Positions 17,818 to 26,382 of a stretch of 64,000 nt of DNA are shown here, piece by piece. Within the stretch, counting starts at the first letter, position 1; every line of letters starts with the position of its first letter. The notes under the pieces are model-generated. The model made no database searches and had not been told where the DNA came from. It saw nothing but the letters and a program-made list of their open reading frames with translations. The DNA comes from a virus. A program made the position numbers and the translations under genes. The stretch covers positions 30,134 to 94,133 of IMG/VR virus record IMGVR_UViG_3300042453_004683. One strand, 5' to 3'.

Positions 17818-18456
17818 ATGTCTGACCGTAGCAGCACCACGCTCACCCGTCAGGGTTTCCACGTCACCATCATGGCGGAGGTTGACCCCTTCGCCTGCGC
17901 CGTGTCCGAACTGGCCGACCGGGGGCACGTCGTCCAGACGTGGCAGGGCCCGTATCACGGGTGGGCGACCTTCACCCCCGGCCAGCCGCGCCGGGACGAT
18001 CGGGGCGTGACCCACAACCGCCCGCCCCGCCCCTCCTCGTGCGGGGGGAACTGGCGCGTCGTCAAGGCCGCCGGCCCGTCTCAGGGTGACAGCTACCGGA
18101 TCTGGTACAACGCCGACGAGATCCCCGCCGACGAGCGCGCCGCCTTCGCCGACAACGCGGCGGCCATGATGAACGGTACGGTGTCCGCCTATGGGCTGAC
18201 CGTCGAGATCCGCGCGACGCCCGGCGGCTCGGTACTCGCGGAGTCGGCCCTGTTCGGGTTCTGGATCGAGTACCGCCCCGACGGTGCCACCCTCATTCAG
18301 GAGGCCGACGGCGCCGGCATGATCGACGAGGCGATCCACAAGGCCCGCCGCAACGCAGCCGCCGCCGTCACCCGCCTGCGCGCCGAGGCCGACACGATCG
18401 CCGCGGCCATGCGCCGGGACGCCGACGCGATCGCCGCGGTCTGCGCGGGCGTGTAG
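17818..18456 (+). CDS. early hypothetical protein
   Basis: Codon bias. Confidence 0.7.
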   Translation: MSDRSSTTLTRQGFHVTIMAEVDPFACAVSELADRGHVVQTWQGPYHGWATFTPGQPRRDDRGVTHNRPPRPSSCGGNWRVVKAAGPSQGDSYRIWYNADEIPADERAAFADNAAAMMNGTVSAYGLTVEIRATPGGSVLAESALFGFWIEYRPDGATLIQEADGAGMIDEAIHKARRNAAAAVTRLRAEADTIAAAMRRDADAIAAVCAGV

Positions 18457-18602
18457 CCCCTCGGGGCGGGTGCCCCTTCTTCGCGCCCGTCCCCGGCCGG
18501 CCTCGTCGCACGTCGATCCGGCCGGACGGCGGGCGCTGTCTGACCCCCTCTCCCCTTGCCTGCTGCCCTCCTCCCCTCCCGCAAACACTACAGGTACGCA
18601 CA

Positions 18603-19091
18603 ATGACCGCCGCCGCTGACCGTCAGCCCGACTTCGCGATCGTCCTCGCCCCCGCCGAGAGCGCAGACGGCTGGCCCGTCCCGCCGCCCGGCCTCGTCGG
18701 CGTGAGGCCCGTTCTGGCGGTCGACCGCCGCGGGTGCTTCCGGTGGTGCTCGCCCGAAGTCCTGACCGCCGCTGAAGTCGTGGCCTATCTCCCGGTCATG
18801 GGCGAGGGCTCCACCGCCGAGCAGAGGAAGGCCGCCGCTGAATACCTGCTCCGGGCGGTGTCGGGTCTCCACCCGGACCGGGAGGGGATCGATATGGCGA
18901 TCCCCGCGGATCGCGTCGTCGCCGAGCGCCGCAAGGGAACGCACGACATCGCCGCCTTCACCCCGGCGTACCCCGTGCTGCTCAACCGCTGGCGCCCCTA
19001 CGGCGCGCGCCCCTCGTGGCCCGCCGTCCGCCGATGGGGTCGCGGTCCCCGGACCTACGCGCGCCTGCTCAAGCTGGCCGCCGCTGTCTGA
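18603..19091 (+). CDS. early hypothetical protein
   Basis: Codon bias. Confidence 0.7.
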   Translation: MTAAADRQPDFAIVLAPAESADGWPVPPPGLVGVRPVLAVDRRGCFRWCSPEVLTAAEVVAYLPVMGEGSTAEQRKAAAEYLLRAVSGLHPDREGIDMAIPADRVVAERRKGTHDIAAFTPAYPVLLNRWRPYGARPSWPAVRRWGRGPRTYARLLKLAAAV

Positions 19092-19192
19092 CGTAGCTCT
19101 CAACGGCGCCGGCCGGTCTGACGGTCGGCGGCCCTCCCCTCCCCTGTCTGCTCCCCGCTCAACGACCGCCGTCGCGGCCGAAGGATCCCGCC

Positions 19193-19468
19193 ATGTCTGA
19201 GCCTGAGATCATCATCGTCGCGGGCCTCGGCCTGAAGGCCGTGCACGCCCGCAGCACCACACGCGATGGGCGGCCCCGCGTCGAGTACGCGCCCCACGGC
19301 CACCCCATCGCCGCGCCCGTCGCGGGGTGCTGGGCGTACACCGCGAGTACCCGCACGCTCACCCCCGACGAGGCGCGCGAGGCGATCGCGTTCGAGCGCG
19401 CGCAGGCGATCCCTCGTGGTGTGGGTTGCGCCGACCCCTCGTGCTGGTGCCGCGGCATCGTGCCTTAG
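19193..19468 (+). CDS. early hypothetical protein with a C-terminal Cys cluster
   Basis: AAGGA RBS; CADPSCWC. Confidence 0.7.
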   Translation: MSEPEIIIVAGLGLKAVHARSTTRDGRPRVEYAPHGHPIAAPVAGCWAYTASTRTLTPDEAREAIAFERAQAIPRGVGCADPSCWCRGIVP

Positions 19469-19614
19469 TCTCTCCCCTCCCCCTCCCGCCGCCGGGAGGG
19501 TGCAACCCGCCGACGGTCGGCGGCGCGCCGAAGCGTACCCCGGTCGCGCCGTGTCTGAAGTCGTCGGCGGCTTTCACCCTGTCGGGATTGTCCCTCACAA
19601 TGTCAGGAGCTGCC

Positions 19615-20181
19615 ATGTCCGCCGATGTCCTGCCCGAAGTCGCCGCTGCAATCGTTTGTTTGTCCCGCGCCGCCGGGATCGCGCGCCCGCCCGTCACCTT
19701 CCGCCCCGTGCCGGGGCTGCCCCTCGTCGTCTTCGATCTGACGGCCGCCGCCTTTCCCGTCGATCGTCGCGAATGGTACGCGGTCCCCGTCAACGATGCC
19801 GCCGCCGTCGCCGCGTGGGTTGAGGCGGGGACGCTGACGCCGGACGAGATCGCGAGCGCCTTGTGCGAGTACCACGTACAGGGCGAGGCCGCCGAGCAGG
19901 CCGCCGTCGCACTTGGTATGGTGATCTTCCATCTCGACGAGGGTACCGCCGAAACGCTCACCGCCCACCCCTGCGCCGCTGCCCTCGCCGCCGCGTGCGA
20001 GGCGGGCCGTCTGCTTGGATGGATCGCGGACGGCTACGCGCTGGGCGTCACCGTCCCCGCCGAGCACCCCGACGCGGCGCGGGAGATCTTGGCCCCGCTC
20101 GGCTACGTCCTGCGCGCCGAGCGCCCCGCCGAATGGTGTCCCGCTGGCACCACCCGGCAGTCGTGGATCTTCGGATACTGA
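19615..20181 (+). CDS. early hypothetical protein (paralog 1)
   Basis: TGTCAGGAGCTGCC-ATG; similar to the next gene. Confidence 0.7.
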   Translation: MSADVLPEVAAAIVCLSRAAGIARPPVTFRPVPGLPLVVFDLTAAAFPVDRREWYAVPVNDAAAVAAWVEAGTLTPDEIASALCEYHVQGEAAEQAAVALGMVIFHLDEGTAETLTAHPCAAALAAACEAGRLLGWIADGYALGVTVPAEHPDAAREILAPLGYVLRAERPAEWCPAGTTRQSWIFGY

Positions 20182-20224
20182 CTCAGACGTTTCGATCCCT
20201 CGCCTCACCCTGTCAGGAGCTACC

Positions 20225-20878
20225 ATGCCCGCCGACGCCCTTTCCATCGTGGTCCGCCTCACCGCCGCCGCTCTCCAGTACGGTGAGCGGATCGCCTTCC
20301 GCGCCGTCGTCCTGCCGTTGCTTGACGGCACCTTCATCCTCGCCACGTTCGACCGGCGGACCGTGGCGCTCACCCTCGCCGACGCCGAGCAGGCGGCCCT
20401 TGCCGCCGAGGGTGACGGCGCATGGCAGGACATCCCCGACGCCGAGCGTGACCCGGACAGCCTCCCGCTGGACAGCCTGCTCGGCATGGTCCGCGCCTCC
20501 GCCGTGGCCGACTGGGACGTGCTTTCGCGCGTGGCCGTGGCCGCCGGTCGTGCGCTCGTTATCCCCGGCGCGCTGGTCGGCGCGGATGACTGGGCCCACC
20601 CGTGCTGGCCCGACCTGCGCGCGCTGCTCGTCGACGCGGTGACGGTGGAGACGCCGAGCGGGTACACCTACGCCACCCCCGGAACGCCGGTCGCCGACAA
20701 GCCGATCGCCAGCGTCAGCGCGTGCGACGAGGGCGGCGTCGACATCTGGCACACCGTCGCCGGCAAGGCCGCCGTCGTCCGCATCATGGCGCTGCGCGGC
20801 TACGCGCCCTGCTACGAGCACGCGCCCGCCTCCCGCGCGGACGGTCTGATCATGACCGCGTGGCGCTGGATCGGCTGA
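20225..20878 (+). CDS. early hypothetical protein (paralog 2)
   Basis: TGTCAGGAGCTACC-ATG. Confidence 0.7.
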   Translation: MPADALSIVVRLTAAALQYGERIAFRAVVLPLLDGTFILATFDRRTVALTLADAEQAALAAEGDGAWQDIPDAERDPDSLPLDSLLGMVRASAVADWDVLSRVAVAAGRALVIPGALVGADDWAHPCWPDLRALLVDAVTVETPSGYTYATPGTPVADKPIASVSACDEGGVDIWHTVAGKAAVVRIMALRGYAPCYEHAPASRADGLIMTAWRWIG

Positions 20879-20967
20879 AGAATAACAGCACAATCTCCCT
20901 TGCCGGTCGGCGGTGAGGGAGATACAAGAATGGAAACCCCGCCCCCACCGCCGGCGCTGGAGATACG

Positions 20968-21318
20968 ATGCTCACCATTGACGACTACCGCCGCACCGTC
21001 GGCTTCATCGCAGGAAACCTGCGGCATATCTGCCGCGGCGGTTTCATCCGCAGCACCGAGGGGTTGCGCGAGGCTGCCGAGCACGCGGTTCAGATGTCCC
21101 GCTGCTTCCACAACCCCGACAACGCGATCAAGGTCCTCGGCTTCTCCGGCAACGCGGACGCCGCCGAGGACGCGCTCGGCTGGAGCGGACTGGTCGCGGG
21201 CTGCCGCTCCTTCGACGAGCTGGTACACCGCAAGGCATACTATGCCTTGCTCGCCGATGTCGAAGCTCTGCTCGTGGACATCACCTTCGACGAGGAGGCG
21301 GCCGATGCCTCCGCGTAA
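20968..21318 (+). CDS. T7 Ocr (gp0.3)-like anti-restriction candidate
   Basis: 116 aa; LRHICRGGFIRSTEGLREAAEHA aligns without gaps to Ocr [23 protein letters not shown] (recalled sequence); ED..SGL and Y..L..D also present; own promoter at 20900-20928. Confidence 0.65.
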   Translation: MLTIDDYRRTVGFIAGNLRHICRGGFIRSTEGLREAAEHAVQMSRCFHNPDNAIKVLGFSGNADAAEDALGWSGLVAGCRSFDELVHRKAYYALLADVEALLVDITFDEEAADASA

Positions 21319-21853
21319 GAAGAAGCCAGCGGCACCGCCGCCCGCACCTGCCCCGCCCCCCGCTGTCCAGCGGCCCGCCGCGCCGAAGCCGCCCGCCTTC
21401 ATCCCGCCCTCCCCGTGGCGGCGGTTCGACCCGCTCTGCCACGTCACCCTCGGCCTCGACCGGCTGACCTTCGGGTCGGCGGCCGATGCCTCCTGGGCGG
21501 CCGAGCGGGTGGTGTCAGCGCACCCCGACCTCCCCGCCGACGTGGTGGATCTCCTCCGCACGCTGGCCGATGACATCGGCCGGTGGGATGCGGCCCTCGT
21601 CGACGCCGCCGAGGCTGTCAACGAGGCAGAGGACCGGGCGGAGAAGGCCAACGACGCTGCGGCGATCCACGCCGCCGCTTCGAGCAGCACGATCGATGAA
21701 CTGAACGAGGAGATCGGTAAGCTCCGCAGCGCCGAAGACAGGTACGGTGAGCAGATTGACGACCTCGCCGAGCAGGTCGACACCCTGCGCGCCGAGCGTG
21801 ACGCCGCCCGGCAGGTCCTCGCAGACATGCTTCGCCACGCCGGCCTCGTGTGA
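21305..21853 (+). CDS. Pro-rich/coiled-coil hypothetical protein
   Basis: GAGGAGG RBS. Confidence 0.7.
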   Translation: MPPRKKKPAAPPPAPAPPPAVQRPAAPKPPAFIPPSPWRRFDPLCHVTLGLDRLTFGSAADASWAAERVVSAHPDLPADVVDLLRTLADDIGRWDAALVDAAEAVNEAEDRAEKANDAAAIHAAASSSTIDELNEEIGKLRSAEDRYGEQIDDLAEQVDTLRAERDAARQVLADMLRHAGLV

Positions 21854-21929
21854 GATTATCTGGTCCAGGTACTTGCGGGTTTCGCCCGGACCAGATACAA
21901 CGATGGAAACCCCGCCTGGAGTTCTCGCC

Positions 21930-22220
21930 ATGCAGACCGACACCCCGGCCGTCCCCGCCGATGTCCTCGACCGCGCCCGCGCCCTCGCGCGTGGCAGCTA
22001 CCAGCGCAGCCTCCTCGACGGCTACGCCCGCTGGTCGGGCGCCGACCTGCGCGGCGCCGCGAAGCGGTGGAGCGGGCGGTACGCCGCCTCCCGCTCCGGC
22101 CTGTTCCGCCGCCTGCGCAAGGCGGGCCTCGACGTGGCCGTGCGCTACGTCACCACGTCCAACAACCGGCAGGCCGTCGCGCTCTGCCTGGCGGGCGTGC
22201 CCGTCAGCGCGGTACCGTAG
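21930..22220 (+). CDS. basic hypothetical protein
   Basis: TGGAG RBS; promoter at 21873-21901. Confidence 0.7.
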   Translation: MQTDTPAVPADVLDRARALARGSYQRSLLDGYARWSGADLRGAAKRWSGRYAASRSGLFRRLRKAGLDVAVRYVTTSNNRQAVALCLAGVPVSAVP

Positions 22221-22221
22221 C

Positions 22222-22416
22222 ATGGCACCCGCGTGGTACACCTCCGCCAACCTGGCGGGGCTGGCTCTGGCCGCGCTGGTCTGCGCCATCGCAAACGTCG
22301 GGCTCGGCGTCGTGCTCGGACACGGCGACGAGCACTACCCCGCCGCCGTGGTCTGCGCGGTGGTCGGGTTCTTCCTGACACTGCTCGCCAAGGCGGCGAG
22401 CAACGACGGCCTGTAG
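22222..22416 (+). CDS. small two-TM membrane protein
   Basis: Two hydrophobic helices. Confidence 0.6.
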   Translation: MAPAWYTSANLAGLALAALVCAIANVGLGVVLGHGDEHYPAAVVCAVVGFFLTLLAKAASNDGL

Positions 22417-22465
22417 CGGGCTGCCGCGCCCCGCTGTGCTGTTCCCTTCACCTCTGGAGTCTCCA

Positions 22466-22873
22466 ATGACCGCCGCCCCCGCCGCCTTCGACCCCTCCGC
22501 CGACAACACCCTTCCGCCTCCCCCGGAGACCATCGTGCTCGACTTCTACGTCATCGACAACATCCGCCGCCTCCCCCTCACCGTCGGCCCCAACGGTACC
22601 CCGTGCCCGACGGTGGGCTTCACGGACGATCCGCCCCAGGTCTTCCAGTCCCCCGACATCGACGGCGACCTCACCGTCCGCGTGGTCCGCCGCCACGTCG
22701 GCGCCACGGGCGACGTGGAGTGGGTCGACGTGGGCGACCCCGCCTACTCCCTCAAGGAGTTCCGCGCCATCACCGCCGGGCTGGTGTGCGACGGTGCGCT
22801 GACCCGCGCCGAGGCCGACGCGCTGGTCAACGAGGCGGCGGCGCTGATCGCCCGCCCGCAGGTGAGCGAGTGA
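22466..22873 (+). CDS. hypothetical protein
   Basis: TGGAGT RBS. Confidence 0.7.
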   Translation: MTAAPAAFDPSADNTLPPPPETIVLDFYVIDNIRRLPLTVGPNGTPCPTVGFTDDPPQVFQSPDIDGDLTVRVVRRHVGATGDVEWVDVGDPAYSLKEFRAITAGLVCDGALTRAEADALVNEAAALIARPQVSE

Positions 22874-23163
22874 GGCTCGCCCGCGCCCGCCGGCGGCTGA
22901 CGCTACGCGGGCTGGTCGCCCTGCGGCCCACCGGGTTCGTCCGGCTGCCGATGGTGGCCGGCACCGTGCCGCGGCTGGTCCATCGGAGCAACGGGATGTT
23001 GTTCCTCGTGGTCCGCGAGGACCGCGTGTTCCCCGACATCGGCCGCTTCGGCCTGTCCATCGTCGACTACGTGCCCCGCCTCGACGGGCGGGCCAGCATC
23101 CGGCTGACCCGCCGCTGGCGCGGCTGCGCGGCCGATGGTACTGGTGTCGAGCTGCCCTTCTGA
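22870..23163 (+). CDS. basic hypothetical protein
   Basis: GTGA overlap. Confidence 0.55.
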   Translation: MRLARARRRLTLRGLVALRPTGFVRLPMVAGTVPRLVHRSNGMLFLVVREDRVFPDIGRFGLSIVDYVPRLDGRASIRLTRRWRGCAADGTGVELPF

Positions 23164-23199
23164 TTGTGTGATGACACTCACCCCTGGAGCACTGACACC

Positions 23200-23469
23200 A
23201 TGCCCCTCGCCCCCTACAACACGTCCCTCGACCTGCCCACCCTGTCCGGCATCCTGCCCGCCGACTTCGACCCGACCCTCTGGTCGACGCCGGAGCTGCG
23301 CGAGTACCCCGCCGACCCGACCTCGCCGGCCATCTGCGACGTGATGCTCTACTCGATCCACCTGGACACGCGCCGCTACGTCAACGTCGCCTTCGGGCGT
23401 GACCTCGCGGACATCATCGACCGGAACCCAGCGCACGCCGCCTGGATCAAGTCGGCGGTGAAGAAGTGA
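23200..23469 (+). CDS. hypothetical protein
   Basis: TGGAG RBS. Confidence 0.65.
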   Translation: MPLAPYNTSLDLPTLSGILPADFDPTLWSTPELREYPADPTSPAICDVMLYSIHLDTRRYVNVAFGRDLADIIDRNPAHAAWIKSAVKK

Positions 23470-23618
23470 GCGAGTTCCTGGTGCTCACCGGCATGGCGTG
23501 CTACGTCGTGGCCGGCGTCTGGTGGTCCGAGTTCGCTCGGATCACGCTCGACCAGCGGGTCGCGCGCCGGTTGGTGTGGGCAGTCATCGTCCCCGTCATC
23601 CTCTGCAATCTTCCCTGA
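23466..23618 (+). CDS. 50-aa membrane peptide (not in the ORF track)
   Basis: GTGA overlap; two hydrophobic stretches. Confidence 0.5.
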   Translation: MSEFLVLTGMACYVVAGVWWSEFARITLDQRVARRLVWAVIVPVILCNLP

Positions 23619-23632
23619 CAGGATCCCCGCTT

Positions 23633-24520
23633 ATGTTGACCATCGAACTCGACTACCTCGGCGTCCTCGGCAACCTCGTCGAACTGGCAGGGTCCGGTCA
23701 CGTCCGCCGCGGGCGAACCTCGACCCCGTGGGTGTCATTGTCGGCGCCCATCTTCATCGACTTCTACGTCGGCGCCGGCTGCCGGCTGCCGCTCCTGACC
23801 ACCAAGAAGATGCACACGCGCAGCATCCTCGCCGAGCTGGTCTGGTTCCTGCGCGGCGACACCAACGTGCGCTGGCTCCAGGCGCACGGCGTCACCATCT
23901 GGGACGAGTGGGCCGACGCCGCCGGCAACCTCGGCCCCGTCTACGGCCACCAGTGGCGGCGCTGGCGCGACGAGCGCAGCGGCACCAGCATCGACCAGGT
24001 GCAGCGCGTCATCGACGGCTGGCTTCGCGACCCCTACGACCGCGGCCTGGTCGTGTCCGCCTGGAACGTGGCCGACCTCGGCTCGATGGCGCTCCGTCCG
24101 TGCCACTACGCATGGCAGATCACCTGCCCGGAGCCGGGCGTGATGGACATCCACGTTCAGCAGCGCAGCGCCGACTGGTTCCTCGGCGTGCCGTACAACC
24201 TGGCCTCGTACTCGGCGCTCCTGATCCTGCTCGCCAAGGCGGTCGGCGTCACGCCAGGCACCGTCTGGTGGAGCGGGGCCGACTGCCACCTGTACCTGAA
24301 CCACGTCGAGGCCGCGCAGCGGCAGTTGGCGGTGCGGGCTGCGGCGCTGGAGAGCGCGTTCACGGGCACGGACAGGTACACCGCCCCGTGCCTCGTCGTC
24401 TCGGACGAGGCCGACATCTACTACGCCGTCACCGACGAGGGCGCGTTGACGCTGGACATGTTCGAGGTGACCGGCTACAACCCCGTGGGCCCGGTGATCC
24501 GTGCGCCCGTCGCCGTGTAG
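23633..24520 (+). CDS. thyA: thymidylate synthase
   Basis: LPLLTTKK, ELVWFLRG, IWDEWAD, LGPVYG, MALRPCH, QRSADWFLGVPYN, DCHLYLNH. Confidence 0.95.
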   Translation: MLTIELDYLGVLGNLVELAGSGHVRRGRTSTPWVSLSAPIFIDFYVGAGCRLPLLTTKKMHTRSILAELVWFLRGDTNVRWLQAHGVTIWDEWADAAGNLGPVYGHQWRRWRDERSGTSIDQVQRVIDGWLRDPYDRGLVVSAWNVADLGSMALRPCHYAWQITCPEPGVMDIHVQQRSADWFLGVPYNLASYSALLILLAKAVGVTPGTVWWSGADCHLYLNHVEAAQRQLAVRAAALESAFTGTDRYTAPCLVVSDEADIYYAVTDEGALTLDMFEVTGYNPVGPVIRAPVAV

Positions 24521-24531
24521 GAGACTTGACC

Positions 24532-24783
24532 ATGAAGCCGTCTGACCTACTGCTGTCGCTCATGCCGAGCGTGATGTCCCTCGACGAACTCGCCGGCACG
24601 GTTGCGCACAACGTCCGCATCCGTTACTGATTGATCGTCAGCGGCTTCACCTACACCACCACGAGACACCACGTCATCGAATACTGCGGCGTCGGTGGCT
24701 TCTACATCAAGACGCCCGACTTCGCGATCAACCTCGACTTCACCCCGCGCTGGATGCGCACAACCACGACCGGAGGATACTGA
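24532..24783 (+). pseudogene. 83-codon ORF interrupted by an in-frame TGA at 24628-24630
   Basis: AGGAG RBS; the frame stays open past the stop to a TGATG overlap with the next gene. Confidence 0.6.
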
Positions 24784-25238
24784 TGGACAGCATCAAGAAC
24801 GAACTCATCCGTCTGCGGAACGAGGGCCGGATCGTGGCCGGCACCTGGAACGACACCCAGGTCATCCTCGTGATGGCGCCCGACCGCGTGGCCGACATCG
24901 ACGCCGAGATGCGGCGGCTGCACCTCAACCCCGTCGGCGAGCCCGAGCCTGAGTACGGCAACGTCACGCGCAGCTATGTCGCCGCTGACGCGGACGCGGC
25001 CTTGCCGGTTCCGGGGCTCGCCAACGCCTCCATGCGGCTGCTGAAGGCGGGCCTCGTCCGCAGCGTCTACCTCGACGTGCAGAATGGGCGCCTGCACGTC
25101 CTCTGCTACGTCAAGGAGGGCGACATCGCGGAGGTGAGCAGCGCCCTCGAAGACATCGGACTGCGCGTCGCTCCGGCCTACAGCGGCTGGGGCAGCACCG
25201 GGACCGAGTACGGCTGGGTCGGCTACCACCCCGCCTAA
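24783..25238 (+). CDS. hypothetical protein
   Basis: GGAGG RBS; codon bias. Confidence 0.75.
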   Translation: MDSIKNELIRLRNEGRIVAGTWNDTQVILVMAPDRVADIDAEMRRLHLNPVGEPEPEYGNVTRSYVAADADAALPVPGLANASMRLLKAGLVRSVYLDVQNGRLHVLCYVKEGDIAEVSSALEDIGLRVAPAYSGWGSTGTEYGWVGYHPA

Positions 25239-25813
25239 TCTGCGGACACGTCGATGATGCCGTAGTCCTGGCCGGCAGCCCCGGCCGGGACGCTCACACC
25301 ACCAGCGCCACCAGCGCCACCAGCGCCGCCTCGCCCGGACACGATCGCCTCGGTGACGAGGCGGCCGATCTCGGCGAGGCGCTCGGCGTCCGTCGCCTCG
25401 ACCTTCTCGCCCGCGTACTTGCGCTCGGCGTCTGCGGCCTCCTTGCCGAACATGCCAGCGACAGCGAGTACCTCCTTCGCGGCCGCGACGCGCGCGTTCG
25501 CTGGAGCGTCCTCGTTCCCGGCGATGTCCATCAGCGTGTTCAGCGCGCTCTCGGCCAGGTCTACGGCGGTCGAGCGCAAGGCGAACCGCTGGCGGTTGAC
25601 ACCGTGCGCGTGCGCGGCGGCCAGCTCGCGGGTCACGCTGGTGCCGATGGCGATGTCCGCCTCCGTCAACCCCGTCTCGCTGGCGATGACGGCCATCGGG
25701 ACCGACGCCACCAGCATGTCGCGGACGCGCTGCACGAGCGCGAGGTCGGCAGTCCACGAGGCGGCGGCGGTGGCGTCGGCGGCTCGGGTGAGATAGGCGG
25801 TCCGCGGCGGCAT
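25235..25813 (-). CDS. HTH protein, possible terminase small subunit
   Basis: HTH (IASETGLT) followed by ALNTLMDIA...APANARVAAAKEVL helices. Confidence 0.5.
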   Translation of the reverse strand: MPPRTAYLTRAADATAAASWTADLALVQRVRDMLVASVPMAVIASETGLTEADIAIGTSVTRELAAAHAHGVNRQRFALRSTAVDLAESALNTLMDIAGNEDAPANARVAAAKEVLAVAGMFGKEAADAERKYAGEKVEATDAERLAEIGRLVTEAIVSGRGGAGGAGGAGGVSVPAGAAGQDYGIIDVSAD

Positions 25814-25860
25814 CTTTGTGGGCGTCTCCTACCCACCCCCATAACACGCGGGAGGTCCCT

Positions 25861-26289
25861 TTGCACCGCGACATCACGCTCATCCTGGCCTCAACGCTCG
25901 ACGGCTGCATCGCCCGCCCGGACGGTGCGCTGCCGATGCGCGACCCGGAGGACCTCCGCCACTTCCGCGCGCTGACGATGGGCACCGACTGCGTTGTTGG
26001 GCGTGTCACGGCTGACACACTGCCCGTGCTGAAGGGACGTCGCCTGCTGGTGATGAGCGGCGGCTGGACGACGGCCTACCGCGGCGAGCACGTCATCGTC
26101 GGCAGCGTCGAGGAGGCCATCAGCGAGCGGTACGTCGGCGAGCCGCTTCACGTCATCGGCGGCGCCCAGGTCTACGAGCTGTGGGCCGACATCGCCGACG
26201 GCGTGTCCGTCACCTGGCTCCCGATCGTGGGCGGCCCCGGCTGGATCCGGCTCGGACCGAAGATGCGGGAGAGATTATTGGTGGATTGA
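25861..26289 (+). CDS. folA: dihydrofolate reductase
   Basis: LPMRDPEDLRHFRALT, VVGRVT, LKGR, VIGGAQVY; GGAGGT RBS before a TTG start. Confidence 0.9.
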   Translation: MHRDITLILASTLDGCIARPDGALPMRDPEDLRHFRALTMGTDCVVGRVTADTLPVLKGRRLLVMSGGWTTAYRGEHVIVGSVEEAISERYVGEPLHVIGGAQVYELWADIADGVSVTWLPIVGGPGWIRLGPKMRERLLVD

Positions 26290-26382
26290 GGTTGACGGCG
26301 GTGGAGGGCCGAGGTACTTGTGTGGAAGCGGCGGGCAGCGAACCCGCCGGGCACCCGACCCCGCAACACCAGGAGAACACGC

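Noticed and set aside
23633-24520. Pyrimidine hydroxymethylase implying a hypermodified (hmC/hmU) or uracil genome
   Set aside because: The dUMP-specifying Asn (PYN) is retained, and DHFR and dUTPase are present, which fits ordinary dTMP synthesis
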